Of a DNA stretch of 64,000 nt, positions 10,156 to 20,425 are shown one piece after another. The stretch is taken from positions 1 through 64,000 of IMG/VR virus record IMGVR_UViG_3300031867_000006, one strand, 5' to 3'. A program made the translations under genes and the position numbers. This DNA comes from a virus (taxonomy: Duplodnaviria; Caudoviricetes). The notes beneath the pieces are model-generated. The model made no database searches. It worked only from the letters and a program-made list of their open reading frames with translations, and was not told where the DNA came from. How positions within the stretch are numbered: position 1 is the first letter of the stretch; the number at the start of each line of letters is the position of its first letter.

Positions 10156-10359
10156 TTAAATTCTGCTAGTTATTATTGTTGATTCTTTCACATTGTCCGC
10201 GAGCATCTTCATTGCAGTCTGCAAGCCCCTGATATAATCTTCCGATTCCTTTTTGTCATTTTTATTATTATCTATAATACTATTAATATCATCATGTGTT
10301 TTTTGTATACTATATAATGGAACAACTCTAATTAATTTACTCATTCTGCATCGCTCCAA
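10156..10359 (-). CDS. Hypothetical protein
   Basis: Short ORF in a tightly packed operon. Confidence 0.5.
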   Translation of the reverse strand: MERCRMSKLIRVVPLYSIQKTHDDINSIIDNNKNDKKESEDYIRGLQTAMKMLADNVKESTIITSRI

Positions 10360-10805
10360 TCAAGCTGAAGCTTGCCAAGCGGACACTCTTCATAAGATCT
10401 ACCACAGTCACATAAGTCAATCTGCCTATTAAGCTTCATGCATACGCATGTAAGGTCATCTATATTTATATCCCAAGCTCTATAGAACTCACAATCATCT
10501 CTACAATCTCTAGGGAAATGCTTAATCTCACCAATCTTTTCGATCTTTTTAATCTTATTAAGAATATCTCTATACTTATCAGCAATCTTACCCCAATCTT
10601 CATCACTCATATTTAAATGATGTAATGAATTAAGCATGTTAAGTTTAAGCACGCTGGTAGCATATTTGATACCTCTGATAAAACCATTAACGTATAAATT
10701 ATTATCCCCATCTGATGATTTATCATGAGCCTCAATAATCATATCGTAATAATGATCAACTGTCTTTTTGATGTCTTTAATAGACATAATGTAATCAATT
10801 TCCAT
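10341..10805 (-). CDS. Hypothetical protein with Cys-rich C-terminus
   Basis: 154-aa ORF with GGAGG RBS. Confidence 0.65.
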   Translation of the reverse strand: MEIDYIMSIKDIKKTVDHYYDMIIEAHDKSSDGDNNLYVNGFIRGIKYATSVLKLNMLNSLHHLNMSDEDWGKIADKYRDILNKIKKIEKIGEIKHFPRDCRDDCEFYRAWDINIDDLTCVCMKLNRQIDLCDCGRSYEECPLGKLQLDWSDAE

Positions 10806-10816
10806 TTAACCCTCCA

Positions 10817-11413
10817 TTAGAATCTGAATCCATACGCATAAGCGAGATATTCTTTATTGACATGCTCTAATAGGTCTGAAGTTTTAGGAAAACCATCCCA
10901 TGTAGGACCCTTCTTTAAAAGAAGCTTGGACTTATGATTATCATTCAGCATATAGATAACGTGATTTATAAACCATAAGAACGTCTGCCTATCAGGCATT
11001 ATTAACTCAACCACTTTACCATAAGCATTATGAATTGCATTGAGAATACGGAACTTAGCAACTTCTGGGGCCTTAAGATCACCATTCTTGAATAAATCTA
11101 ATTCGACTGTGAAATAAGACTTGATCCTATCTTTTTCTTTATTAGTAGTATTTATAAAATCATCTGTGATGTCATCCATAATATCATCATAACCGCCGAT
11201 AGAATCATCGAAAAGCTCTTTAAACTCCCTTGCTGTTGCTACATCAATTCTTCTCCCTAAAGGAACCTGAATGAATTCATCATTGTCAGATTTCTTTGTG
11301 CTGATTGTGTTGATAGTATCGATAACGCCAATATAATATGCATCTGGTTGAAAATATCTTTGTGTTGGGCGCGTATAGTCTTTTTTAAATAATGTATTTT
11401 TAAACTCACTCAT
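10817..11413 (-). CDS. Hypothetical protein, paralogous to 11406-11759
   Basis: C-terminal half (RILNAIHNA...KSKLLLK...VNKEYLA) aligns by eye with the neighbour (NIRRALYKA...RAKILLK...INREFLA). Confidence 0.6.
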   Translation of the reverse strand: MSEFKNTLFKKDYTRPTQRYFQPDAYYIGVIDTINTISTKKSDNDEFIQVPLGRRIDVATAREFKELFDDSIGGYDDIMDDITDDFINTTNKEKDRIKSYFTVELDLFKNGDLKAPEVAKFRILNAIHNAYGKVVELIMPDRQTFLWFINHVIYMLNDNHKSKLLLKKGPTWDGFPKTSDLLEHVNKEYLAYAYGFRF

Positions 11414-11759
11414 AAAACTCTACCCCTCTAGCATTCCAATATGCTATAAATTGATCTGCAAGGAATTCACGATTTATTCTCTTTATTTGATTCGGATCAA
11501 TATCAGTACAATCATCACTTATTTTTAAGAGTATTTTAGCTCTTTCAGTACCCCATAATTTATCTTGAATATCTACTACAAAATACCCAAGTGTTTTATG
11601 GTTTGGTATTGGAATTACAAGTATTTTATCGCCGGCCTTATATAATGCTCTACGAATATTATCTGCTATATACCAAGGACTAAATATATTAATTGGGTCA
11701 TCTTTAAATACATCGACTTCATAGTATTCACGCTCAAGCTTTATCCTCTCAATCTCCAT
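11406..11759 (-). CDS. Hypothetical protein
   Basis: 117-aa ORF, coupled. Confidence 0.6.
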   Translation of the reverse strand: MEIERIKLEREYYEVDVFKDDPINIFSPWYIADNIRRALYKAGDKILVIPIPNHKTLGYFVVDIQDKLWGTERAKILLKISDDCTDIDPNQIKRINREFLADQFIAYWNARGVEFYE

Positions 11760-12369
11760 CTATATCTACCTCTTTAGATTTCCAGTATAAATATGCGTTA
11801 CATATTTTCAGCGCATCACAATAGTCATCATAAACCCTAAATCCGGGTCTAAAAGCAACAACGCCTGCAGCATCTACAGGTATAGCCTCACAAATATCAA
11901 CCAGGTTATCGATCCTTAGATTAATGGCTTCACATTCTATCTCTATATAATCTTTATAATCATGATTAATGAATTTAATAATAATCTCTTGAAGAATATT
12001 CTTGGCTTCATCTTTGCATTCTTCATATGATTTAGGAGTACATAACATAGCGTTTGATAATCTATTAATACCAAGATCATAAACTGTGAAATTATCTGGA
12101 TCTTCGCATGCTGCATGAACCAATGTACGAAGGCTATACTTATTGAAATATTGTGACCATGTGCTAGAAAAATCATTACCACGAAATCTACACATATCAA
12201 TTATCATTTCAAATAATCTAGCATCAAACCTATCTTTATTTTCAGTCTGTTTCTTAGGAGGATTAAGCTTAAAGATTACATAATCCAGAGCTTCTGTTGC
12301 TGAAGAGTCATGCTTTAGACTATAGATAGCCCTGAGCTTCATAAGTTCTAATAAGACTTCATTCTTCAT
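11749..12369 (-). CDS. Hypothetical protein
   Basis: ORF track gives 11749-12456; start more likely ATG 12369 (MKNEVLL) after GGGAG, which removes the long overlap. Confidence 0.6.
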   Translation of the reverse strand: MKNEVLLELMKLRAIYSLKHDSSATEALDYVIFKLNPPKKQTENKDRFDARLFEMIIDMCRFRGNDFSSTWSQYFNKYSLRTLVHAACEDPDNFTVYDLGINRLSNAMLCTPKSYEECKDEAKNILQEIIIKFINHDYKDYIEIECEAINLRIDNLVDICEAIPVDAAGVVAFRPGFRVYDDYCDALKICNAYLYWKSKEVDIDGD

Positions 12370-12847
12370 TACTCCCATCAATATACTGTATATCATATAA
12401 TATATGACATGGTTTATCAATAGCAATAGCCATTTCATGATATGTATTTTTAGCAACTGCTACTCTCTGCTCCTGATGAGTACCACTGATATCTATAGCA
12501 GTATGAACTATCTTACCACCAGAATGTGAAGCGTCTTGTAATGTCTCCATAATCTTGGCTTCATGGAGATGCCTCTTATCATAATAGTCGACTATCTTAG
12601 AAGCATCATCTTTATCAACTAAACAGCATCCTAAGTCGGCTGTTATAAAGATGACATGCTTATTAGTATTTTTCTTAAACTCTTCAGCGATACGCTTAAG
12701 TTGTCCAGCGTGCCATGTTCTCATATTATTAAAATTCTTATCTATTTTAACGATAAGGACCTTATCATCACTAAGATCTGCTGTCATGCATTCTATATAT
12801 TTAGTAATGTTTTTATAGAATTTCTTCTTTCTCTTTCTATGATTCAT
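12359..12847 (-). CDS. Hypothetical protein
   Basis: 162-aa ORF with basic N-terminus. Confidence 0.6.
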   Translation of the reverse strand: MNHRKRKKKFYKNITKYIECMTADLSDDKVLIVKIDKNFNNMRTWHAGQLKRIAEEFKKNTNKHVIFITADLGCCLVDKDDASKIVDYYDKRHLHEAKIMETLQDASHSGGKIVHTAIDISGTHQEQRVAVAKNTYHEMAIAIDKPCHILYDIQYIDGSNEE

Positions 12848-13139
12848 TTTTTATCCGCCTCCATCTTATAGGATGTAATAGTTTATCTAACCACGTGTAA
12901 TATATAGGACAACTCCGTAAGTTACTAATAACTATAGTATCTATATTAGGATCATCCATTAAAACACGTTTAACAGTTTCAGCAATTACGCCTCTAGATA
13001 TATCACCATACGCTTCATTATAATATCTTTCAACATCGATCTCAAGCTTCATACTGTTATCCTCTATTTCTAAATTCATACTGCTATCCTCTACTTCTAA
13101 ATAATCTACCGATTCCATTAAATAAATTAGATAAAGCAT
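12837..13139 (-). CDS. Hypothetical protein
   Basis: 100-aa ORF; start uncertain; internal LE(V/I)ED(S/N)SM duplication. Confidence 0.5.
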   Translation of the reverse strand: MLYLIYLMESVDYLEVEDSSMNLEIEDNSMKLEIDVERYYNEAYGDISRGVIAETVKRVLMDDPNIDTIVISNLRSCPIYYTWLDKLLHPIRWRRIKNES

Positions 13140-13281
13140 CTACAGCTTTATCAATAGTAGGATCAGTATAACCATGTTTTATATGAACACCGCCATTCTT
13201 AATAGTAGTATTCTTATAACCACCACATTCTTTATTCTCTTTAGTAAGAGTATTCTTAAACTCACTCATATATAATAACAC
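13084..13281 (-). CDS. Small hypothetical protein
   Basis: GGAGG RBS; MSEFKNTL is shared with the start of 10817-11413. Confidence 0.55.
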   Translation of the reverse strand: MLLYMSEFKNTLTKENKECGGYKNTTIKNGGVHIKHGYTDPTIDKAVDALSNLFNGIGRLFRSRG

Positions 13282-13533
13282 CTCCTTTAGGATATAATTA
13301 GATTAATAACATGTGCTAGGGGCTATAAAAATCTAAATTATAGCATAAATACATAAAAAATACCCCTAGCCACAGTGGGCTAGGAGCATAAAAAGCGTAA
13401 AATACGCACCAAATGGGCTCATTTACAGAAAAATCTACGCAATGGGTACGTTAAGCAATTTTCACCATTTTTCGCCATTCTCGCCGTGTATTTCGCCAAA
13501 CTTCAATATACACATAATGGTGGTCGTATACTA

Positions 13534-13581
13534 GGCAAAACAAGGTGCTCGGAAGAGGGGTTCCTCGTACCTTGTTTTGCC
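13534..13581. other. Long intergenic hairpin downstream of the silent cassette
   Basis: GGCAAAACAAGGT (13534-13546) / ACCTTGTTTTGCC (13569-13581), 13-bp perfect stem with an inner GGAA/TTCC pair. Confidence 0.6.
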
Positions 13582-14476
13582 CTTAAGTTAGGCGGAAAGG
13601 TTATGAATAGGGCTATATGAAAAATCGGGTATGTGTAAGCGCCCCTTCGCGTGTCTCATGGCGGGTGCTAAATTAATCCTATGCAAACATAGTTAAATAG
13701 CACAGAACGGACTAACGCCGTTATTATAATTATTACCAGTATGAGGACTTGTAGCAGCAGTATTTGTATTAATTATACCAGTTGAAACTACTATTGCAAA
13801 ACTATTACTATCATTATCCGATTGATTATTCTTAGTATTGCATGATAGTAACCACCAATTCATCGCCGAGCCTCCCTCACCCTGCGTTTTCACGCGATTA
13901 CCTGAGGTTGCATACCATTCATATTGTTTGCAATGAGTGTTTTCATTAGATGCATATGTATTGGAGCCGAATATTTCGTATTCTGAGTGAAGAATAAATT
14001 TTACGTTTGAGGTTAACTGTTGGGTTGTAACACCGCCGCCATCATTATGGTAATGTGATGAGGGTTTAACGAGCGAGTAGAAATTACCCTTCGTCGCATT
14101 CTGCTGTGCGGTAGTATATGCGCCATCTATGAATGTCTTCATAGCGGTAGCGTTATAACCGCCGGCATTAGTGTTAGAACTATTCATCTGTCTACCTACG
14201 GAGAGACAATTCTTCTGTCCCACGAGGGCATGATATGTAGTGCCTCCAGATGTAGTATTCTTCTTCCCGTCAGGTCCAGCCTTACATCCAGAAGATGAGG
14301 GCAGGTCGATAACTACGAACTTAACGTCTTCTGCTAATCCATCAGATGAAGAACCATTAAGATGTACTGTACGTTCATTACCGACAGCCCATGTAGTCTG
14401 CGCTAATGTAATAGTACCTGCATCGACTGCAGCGAACATATTGGCTATATCAGACGCAGAACCTGTAGCCCATGAT

Positions 14477-14517
14477 ACAATAGGGTTAGTAACTGTAACA
14501 GACTGTGTAGTCGTATG
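14477..14517 (-). repeat. 41-bp perfect inverted repeat of 24710-24750
   Basis: CATACGACTACACAGTCTGTTACAGTTACTAACCCTATTGT is identical in both copies. Confidence 0.95.
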
Positions 14518-14603
14518 ATTAGATCCATTATTACTATAAGAGATCGTTACATAACTATTAGATGTAGACAGCGGATCAGGAGTTACTGTAAGGGTATTAT
14601 TGT

Positions 14604-14619
14604 TAATGGTCCCCGTGGA
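14604..14619 (-). repeat. 16-bp perfect inverted repeat of 24605-24620, candidate crossover site
   Basis: TCCACGGGGACCATTA in both copies; homology stops a few bases upstream of it. Confidence 0.9.
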
Positions 14620-14648
14620 GCTTTGAGGTCATATCTTTATATAGCCAA

Positions 14649-14661
14649 GACATTGAATTAA
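14649..14661 (+). promoter_or_regulatory. Putative late promoter (ACA-N6-TAA) of the RNAP gene
   Basis: GACATTGAATTAA upstream of the RBS; the same motif precedes about 15 other ORFs. Confidence 0.6.
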
Positions 14662-14686
14662 TTACTATTACGAAAGGAGATCCCCT

Positions 14687-17600
14687 ATGCTTTATTTAGA
14701 TGATTTGAAGTACATGAAGCTTTATAAGAAGCAATTCTTTGCTCCAATTAATAAAGATGATCGTAAGCATAACTCTGCTATACTATTATTGACTAGGAAT
14801 CCATTATACTCTAATGAGATGATGTTTAATAAGTTCATGGTTAATCGTAAGACATTTATATCATATTATATCGAGAAGGATATAATGTATACTATAAATA
14901 ATGAGTCTAGACTTCTGGAAAGAGATTATTATGATAATCTTAACGTGCTCAATGAGGCGTCTGCAGAAGTATATCATGAGACTACAGATCTATATTTTGG
15001 GGAGTCTATGGATGAGGACTTTTTTAATGAATTCTTTGTTAAATCTGGTAATACTCTGCAGTTCTTCAACGAAATGTACGATGAAAAGATATATAATGAA
15101 GTCGCTGGAGTTAACCAGAAGTATAAGAGGCTTCTCTATGTCGATAGGCTTAAGAATAACCGCGATGTGGTTAAGCTCTATAAAGATATGAAGAAGAACT
15201 TTCCAGAGATGGCTCAGTATAAAACCTATCTTGATTATAAGAAATATAAAGGGCTGAATCTCTTTATAGATCTCCGCTATTACATAGATACATTCCTCAA
15301 TAATAATACATTCAAGATTATACAATCTAGAAGCTTATTCTTTGAGTTCTTAAGAAGATCTATTATGGATAAGCGTATTACTGAGGCTGGATATACTAAG
15401 AAGACTGTATTAGTGCCTATAGATGGTATGGCTTGGAGTGCCGATACAAGCATTGATGCGCCCGAGATATATGATTTCCGCAAGTTATTGAATCCTATAT
15501 CATTATTCTATAATAAGCTTAAGTTTGATCCTGAAGCATTAATCAATGCATTTGGAGATATGGACTTTGTATTTATGGGTAAGGAAGGCTATTTCAAATT
15601 CAATCCTACTAAGATAAATACGCAGACTAGAGTGATGTTTATTACATTACTCGATAAGCTTAGAAACAATGAACCCATTGAGGATGATGAGCCTGATAAT
15701 AGCCCTGCTGGAATTACTACAGATATTGCAGACAAGCTCGAAGCAAATAAAGGCATAAAGATTCATAATCTGACTGGAGAGACCAACTCTGACGATGAAG
15801 ATGAACGACTTAAGGCCGATCTAGTCAAGAAGATTAACGATGCGTCAGAGCAATCACCAGATGAGGAGACTGCATTAGATAGAATGGACAAGGGTAGTAT
15901 GGCTGATGATAGCATTCCTGCGGCAGATATAATCGCAGCATTATCTACAGATGCAGACGATAATATCAAGCTCTCAGCAGCCAGAGTTAATCGTATTAAA
16001 GACACTCAGGATAAGTTCTATCAGAGGCAGATCAATGGCAAATCCGTTAAGGATATGGTTAATGAATCTAATAAGCCTGCTGAGTTACCAGAGGTTGCTT
16101 TACCAATTAAGAGCATCAATGAAGAGTGGAAGCACCTCAAGGCTATTAATTTCGAAAAAGAGTATGATCTCGATGCAGATATAGTCAAGATACTCAATAG
16201 CTTATCTGATACAAATAAACATTATCCGGTATCTATATTAGATATGACTATAGAAGACACTTCTACATCTGAGGACTGGATATATACATATACGGTTAAA
16301 TGCGAGGATTATAGCGGCAAGAGATTCACTCTTAAGTTTGATATACCGAAGCTTAGAGATGATAGATTCATGAGACTTAGGTCTAATGAGAAGATATTCT
16401 CTATAGAGATGCCACTTATACCAATAAGCAAGACCGATGAGGATACTACTCAGATAGTATCATTCTATAATAAGATCTTTATAGAAAGATATTATACATC
16501 AACTGGCAAGTCGATGCCTTGGATGAGTAAATTTATTAAGAGGCTTAATGAAGATCCAAACTGTATTTGTGAGCTTGGCGATAATACAAAGATCTGCCAG
16601 AAGTATGAGCTTCCGATAGATTATATAGATATGGCGACTATATTTAATACAATAACTATATCCACACCCAATACTAAGCTTGCTGATCAAGTAACCATCA
16701 TGTTTAACCAGGATGAGTTACGTAAAACCATAGCACCCTTTAAGGTTGATCCTATGAGATTGCCAATTGGCATCTGTAGTGATAAAGTAATATATTACGA
16801 TAGGAATATGCTTGATACTATTAAGCAGCAGTATTTGAACGTCACTGGTAAGAATATAGATATATCTGGTACTGGTTCTAAATGGACTTACAGCAGAGCT
16901 TCTATATTGAATACTAATATACCCGTAATTGTTATATTAGCTCATGATATTGGCTTAATTAAAGCTATGGATATTGCTGGTGTTAAATACACTATTACAG
17001 ATAAGAGACATTCCGTAGATAATAATGAAATACAGATTAAGCTAGCGGATGGATATATCTATTATATGGCTACTTCTGAAGCGTTGATGCTTATGGGTGG
17101 ACTTAATGAATGTGATATGGGCTCAATTAAGATTGCTGAGCTTAACAGCAAGATGACTTGGGTTGATCAGCTGGATAATTTCGGCGGTAGAGTTAAAACA
17201 GACGGTCTGGATAACTTTGCAGATTTGATGTATGATCCTATAACGATAGAAGTATCTAAGGATTATAAATTACCAGAAACTTATCATGAAGCTTTGATAT
17301 ATGCTTCTAATCTACTGGTTGATAATAAGTATATTAAGCATACTGACTTATCCACTAATAGATATAGGACCAATGAGGTCATTGCAGCCCAGTTCTATAG
17401 AGCTCTTAGCTCCTCATATAAGGAATATGCATTATCTAATAAGCATGGTCGTAAAGTCGCAATGTCTATGAAGCAGTCTGCTGTAATTGATCTCATCTTA
17501 GCACAGAATACTACATCTGATCTATCAGTATTTCAGCCTCTATTAGAGATAGAAGCGAAGAATACTATCTCAACCAAGGGCGTTACAGGTATGAATAGTG

Positions 17601-19036
17601 AGAGAGCTTACAAGATGGATAAGAGAGGTTATACAGACTCTATGCTTAATATCATCGCTCAGGCTACTGGATTTGCATCAACTGTTGGTGTAAATAGACA
17701 GACTACTATTAATCCTAATATAGTCGGTGGTAGAGGTTATTTCAAACAGTCTGGCACTGATAATATGAATATAGTAAACTCTATGTCTATGACTGAAGCA
17801 TTGAGTCCTAATGCTCTTACTCATAATGACCCATTCCGTAATGATATGAGTTTTATACAGACCTCTAAACATGGAACACCTATAGAGTACGCAACTCCCG
17901 CATTGGTAACCACAGGCGCAGATGCTGCAATGCCTTATTTATGCTCAAATATGTTTGCTCATAAGTCTAAGATGGCTGGTAAAGTAACCGAATTAACTGA
18001 CAAATATATGATTGTTGAGTATAGAGATGGTTCTAAAGACTTTATTAATCTGGATGAGCAGACCATGAAGAATTCAGACGGTGGGTTCTATATAACGTTA
18101 CAGCTTAAGACAGATCTTAAGGAAGGCCAGGGCTTTAAAGAAGGCGCTATACTTGCTTATGATAAAAAGTCTTTCTCTAATATAGTTGGTGATGGCAAAC
18201 AGCTCTGTTATAACCAGGGTATTCTTACTAAAGTTGCTATAATTACATCTGAAGATGGATATGAAGACTCTGCCTCTATATCTGATTGGTTATCTGAAAT
18301 GATGGCATCTGATGTAGTTGTTAGCAAGCCCGTTATATTGGAACCACAAACCAATGTATTATACTTAGCTAAGAAAGGTCAAACAGTTAAAGAGGGTGAA
18401 CCCATACTTATTTTCCAGAGTCCGTTTGATGAAGAAGATGCTAATGTATTAATTAAGAATCTCAATGTTGAAGATGGTGATATATCTGAGATCGGTAGAA
18501 ATATTATCAAATCTAAAGTCACTGGAGTCATCCAGGATATTAAGATATATAGAACTGTTGATATAGAGGAACTCTCAGACTCTCTACAGAAGATAGTTAA
18601 AGCTAAAGAGACAGAGATTAATAAGCTTAAAAGAGCTTCTGCAGGATCATTATCACCAGCTCAGCTAGATCCAACTGGTAAGCTGGAGATGAACGGTAAA
18701 CTTAAGAATGTAGATGGAATACTTATTGAGATCTATATGAAGTATCATGATAAATTCCAGATAGGATCTAAGCAGGTTGTAGAGTCAGCTAATAAGAATG
18801 TAATCTATAATATCTACTCAGATGAAGATGCTCCTTATACAGATGCTAGACCTACAGAAGCTATAGATTCTATAACCTCTTGTAGCTCATTAGATGGTCG
18901 TATGGTCATCAGCCCTATCATAAATGGTGGATTAAATAAAGCCATGATAGAACTCTCTAGAAAATGTAAAGAAATCTATGGAGTTAAATGGGAAACTATA
19001 CATGAAATTTATCAGAATGAGATTAACAAGAGATAA
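14687..19036 (+). CDS. Phage multisubunit RNA polymerase beta-like subunit (phiKZ/AR9 type, probably virion RNAP)
   Basis: RYRTNE, KGVTG, VGVNRQ, HNDPFR...Q.SKH, GYEDS, GSK......NK (two conserved lysines) and DGRM follow the order of beta-subunit conserved blocks; long N-terminal extension. Confidence 0.85.
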   Translation: MLYLDDLKYMKLYKKQFFAPINKDDRKHNSAILLLTRNPLYSNEMMFNKFMVNRKTFISYYIEKDIMYTINNESRLLERDYYDNLNVLNEASAEVYHETTDLYFGESMDEDFFNEFFVKSGNTLQFFNEMYDEKIYNEVAGVNQKYKRLLYVDRLKNNRDVVKLYKDMKKNFPEMAQYKTYLDYKKYKGLNLFIDLRYYIDTFLNNNTFKIIQSRSLFFEFLRRSIMDKRITEAGYTKKTVLVPIDGMAWSADTSIDAPEIYDFRKLLNPISLFYNKLKFDPEALINAFGDMDFVFMGKEGYFKFNPTKINTQTRVMFITLLDKLRNNEPIEDDEPDNSPAGITTDIADKLEANKGIKIHNLTGETNSDDEDERLKADLVKKINDASEQSPDEETALDRMDKGSMADDSIPAADIIAALSTDADDNIKLSAARVNRIKDTQDKFYQRQINGKSVKDMVNESNKPAELPEVALPIKSINEEWKHLKAINFEKEYDLDADIVKILNSLSDTNKHYPVSILDMTIEDTSTSEDWIYTYTVKCEDYSGKRFTLKFDIPKLRDDRFMRLRSNEKIFSIEMPLIPISKTDEDTTQIVSFYNKIFIERYYTSTGKSMPWMSKFIKRLNEDPNCICELGDNTKICQKYELPIDYIDMATIFNTITISTPNTKLADQVTIMFNQDELRKTIAPFKVDPMRLPIGICSDKVIYYDRNMLDTIKQQYLNVTGKNIDISGTGSKWTYSRASILNTNIPVIVILAHDIGLIKAMDIAGVKYTITDKRHSVDNNEIQIKLADGYIYYMATSEALMLMGGLNECDMGSIKIAELNSKMTWVDQLDNFGGRVKTDGLDNFADLMYDPITIEVSKDYKLPETYHEALIYASNLLVDNKYIKHTDLSTNRYRTNEVIAAQFYRALSSSYKEYALSNKHGRKVAMSMKQSAVIDLILAQNTTSDLSVFQPLLEIEAKNTISTKGVTGMNSERAYKMDKRGYTDSMLNIIAQATGFASTVGVNRQTTINPNIVGGRGYFKQSGTDNMNIVNSMSMTEALSPNALTHNDPFRNDMSFIQTSKHGTPIEYATPALVTTGADAAMPYLCSNMFAHKSKMAGKVTELTDKYMIVEYRDGSKDFINLDEQTMKNSDGGFYITLQLKTDLKEGQGFKEGAILAYDKKSFSNIVGDGKQLCYNQGILTKVAIITSEDGYEDSASISDWLSEMMASDVVVSKPVILEPQTNVLYLAKKGQTVKEGEPILIFQSPFDEEDANVLIKNLNVEDGDISEIGRNIIKSKVTGVIQDIKIYRTVDIEELSDSLQKIVKAKETEINKLKRASAGSLSPAQLDPTGKLEMNGKLKNVDGILIEIYMKYHDKFQIGSKQVVESANKNVIYNIYSDEDAPYTDARPTEAIDSITSCSSLDGRMVISPIINGGLNKAMIELSRKCKEIYGVKWETIHEIYQNEINKR

Positions 19037-19145
19037 CATTTAAATAATCTGAAGTGTGACTAATGGAGGTTACGTTGCGCTCGCGATTACATTTTGTAAC
19101 TACAGGTTTAGACTACATAAAATTATTTTATGGAGGTATTTAAGA

Positions 19146-19823
19146 ATGGCTACTAATAAAAAGACGGTTATCCGTAAAAAGATTGGTAATGTGGTATACA
19201 ATTTACTGCCCCAGACAAGTTCTGATATCGTAACACACGTTACGACCGGCAATAGCTCTACCACAGTTGCAGCGCTGTTGAATACACTTAATGACACCAT
19301 GGGTACTCTTTCTGAGTCCACAGTTGGTGATGAGATCGACGCTAAGATCCTTGCATTCAAGAAGGAAATCTATGGCGTAAACAGTGATGAGTACAAGACT
19401 GGTATCGCTGCAGCTCTTGATACAATCAAAGAGATCGCTGACATCCTTGGAGATTCTGAGGAAGCTGGTACAGTTATCGCTAACATCGCTACACTTAAGG
19501 CTGAAGTTGAGACAGCTACAACTGGCCTCCTTGATCGTGTAAGCACAATCGAGTCCGACCTCAATACAGCAACTACAGGTCTTAAGGATCGTGTTTCTGC
19601 ATTGGAGAGCTTCACAACTGGTCAGACAACTGATGACGTTCCTGTTGGTCCTAACGAGGATCGTAACTACGTTACTACAACTGAAAAGAATAAGATCGCT
19701 TCCAGCGCAAACGTAACAGTTCTTGCTGCTTCTGCATCTGCTGATTCTGACGTTGCAAACGCTGAGGATCTGTACTTCCTCGAGATTACAGCTCCTGTTG
19801 CTGACGGCGGCGTTACACCGTAA
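19146..19823 (+). CDS. Tail fibre-associated coiled-coil protein
   Basis: Start ATG 19146 after GGAGG; KKIG..YNLLPQTSSD N-motif; ALDTIKEIAD; TATTGL.DRVS heptad repeats. Confidence 0.65.
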   Translation: MATNKKTVIRKKIGNVVYNLLPQTSSDIVTHVTTGNSSTTVAALLNTLNDTMGTLSESTVGDEIDAKILAFKKEIYGVNSDEYKTGIAAALDTIKEIADILGDSEEAGTVIANIATLKAEVETATTGLLDRVSTIESDLNTATTGLKDRVSALESFTTGQTTDDVPVGPNEDRNYVTTTEKNKIASSANVTVLAASASADSDVANAEDLYFLEITAPVADGGVTP

Positions 19824-19842
19824 TCATACACTGACACTTTTG

Positions 19843-19880
19843 GGCGACTAGAATTACCTCCATTCTAGTTGTCTTTCTTT
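19843..19880 (+). terminator. Intrinsic terminator-like hairpin
   Basis: GGCGACTAGAAT-TACCTCC-ATTCTAGTTGTC followed by TTTCTTT. Confidence 0.65.
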
Positions 19881-19903
19881 AAAAGGTATAAGGGTACATT
19901 AGA

Positions 19904-20227
19904 ATGCGAGTATTAATCAAAAAGAAGATTGGTAATCAAGTTCAACATTTATACCCGCAAACTTATGCTGACGTTGTGCTATATAATGATAGTACTAGCG
20001 TAGCATCTGTGCTAACGTCAATACTTTCAGATATAAGCGAAATAAAGGCTGCGTTAGGTATCAATGATACTGTGTATGCTTTGGATGGTAATAATGATTA
20101 TATTACTGATTCCGATGGTGATAAAGTTATTGCTATTTCCAATGCTACGACTGTAGCTCAAAACGCAAACAATTCCGCAGAGCAACTTGATGATGGCAAT
20201 ACAGAAGACCTTGTTGTCAGTGAATAA
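19904..20227 (+). CDS. Tail fibre-associated protein (shared N-terminal motif)
   Basis: KKIGNQVQHLYPQTYADVV. Confidence 0.6.
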   Translation: MRVLIKKKIGNQVQHLYPQTYADVVLYNDSTSVASVLTSILSDISEIKAALGINDTVYALDGNNDYITDSDGDKVIAISNATTVAQNANNSAEQLDDGNTEDLVVSE

Positions 20228-20302
20228 TGGTATAAGTTATTAGACGGATATAAAAGTTCGAACTTTGATTATTAAGGTCTTATTTTTAAACATGTTTAAA
20301 AG

Positions 20303-20330
20303 GTGCCCTAGGGAGAGATCCCTAGGGTAC
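20303..20330. terminator. CCCTAGGG-family hairpin
   Basis: GTGCCCTAGGGA-GAGA-TCCCTAGGGTAC followed by TTT. Confidence 0.7.
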
Positions 20331-20425
20331 TTTGGCTAGCCAATTAATTGGTAAGCTAGAAAACATTTATATAATGCTTAATATAGCACACGATAAAATC
20401 TTACAGAAAGGAAGGTATTAATACT

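Larger units (their letters stand above)
13693..14628 (-). other. Start-less alternative C-terminal cassette of the DGR target fibre (half Ig repeat plus C-type-lectin/DUF6273-like tip)
   Basis: Frame is open from just after TGA (14629-14631): SSTGTINNN...HTTTQSVTVTNPIVSWATG...AVDAGTITLAQTTWAVGNER...RQMNSSNTNAGGYN...PFCAI, collinear with the last ~290 aa of 22718-25465; no RBS before the ATG at 14439. Confidence 0.85.

Noticed and set aside
10817-13281. Identical MSEFKNTL starts in two ORFs
   Set aside because: Only 8 residues in two genes; may reflect reuse of a translation-start region, not enough to call a signal
13693-14439. 248-aa stand-alone gene as given by the ORF track
   Set aside because: No RBS at ATG 14439, and homology to the fibre continues ~60 codons upstream to the 16-bp repeat, so it is better read as a headless cassette
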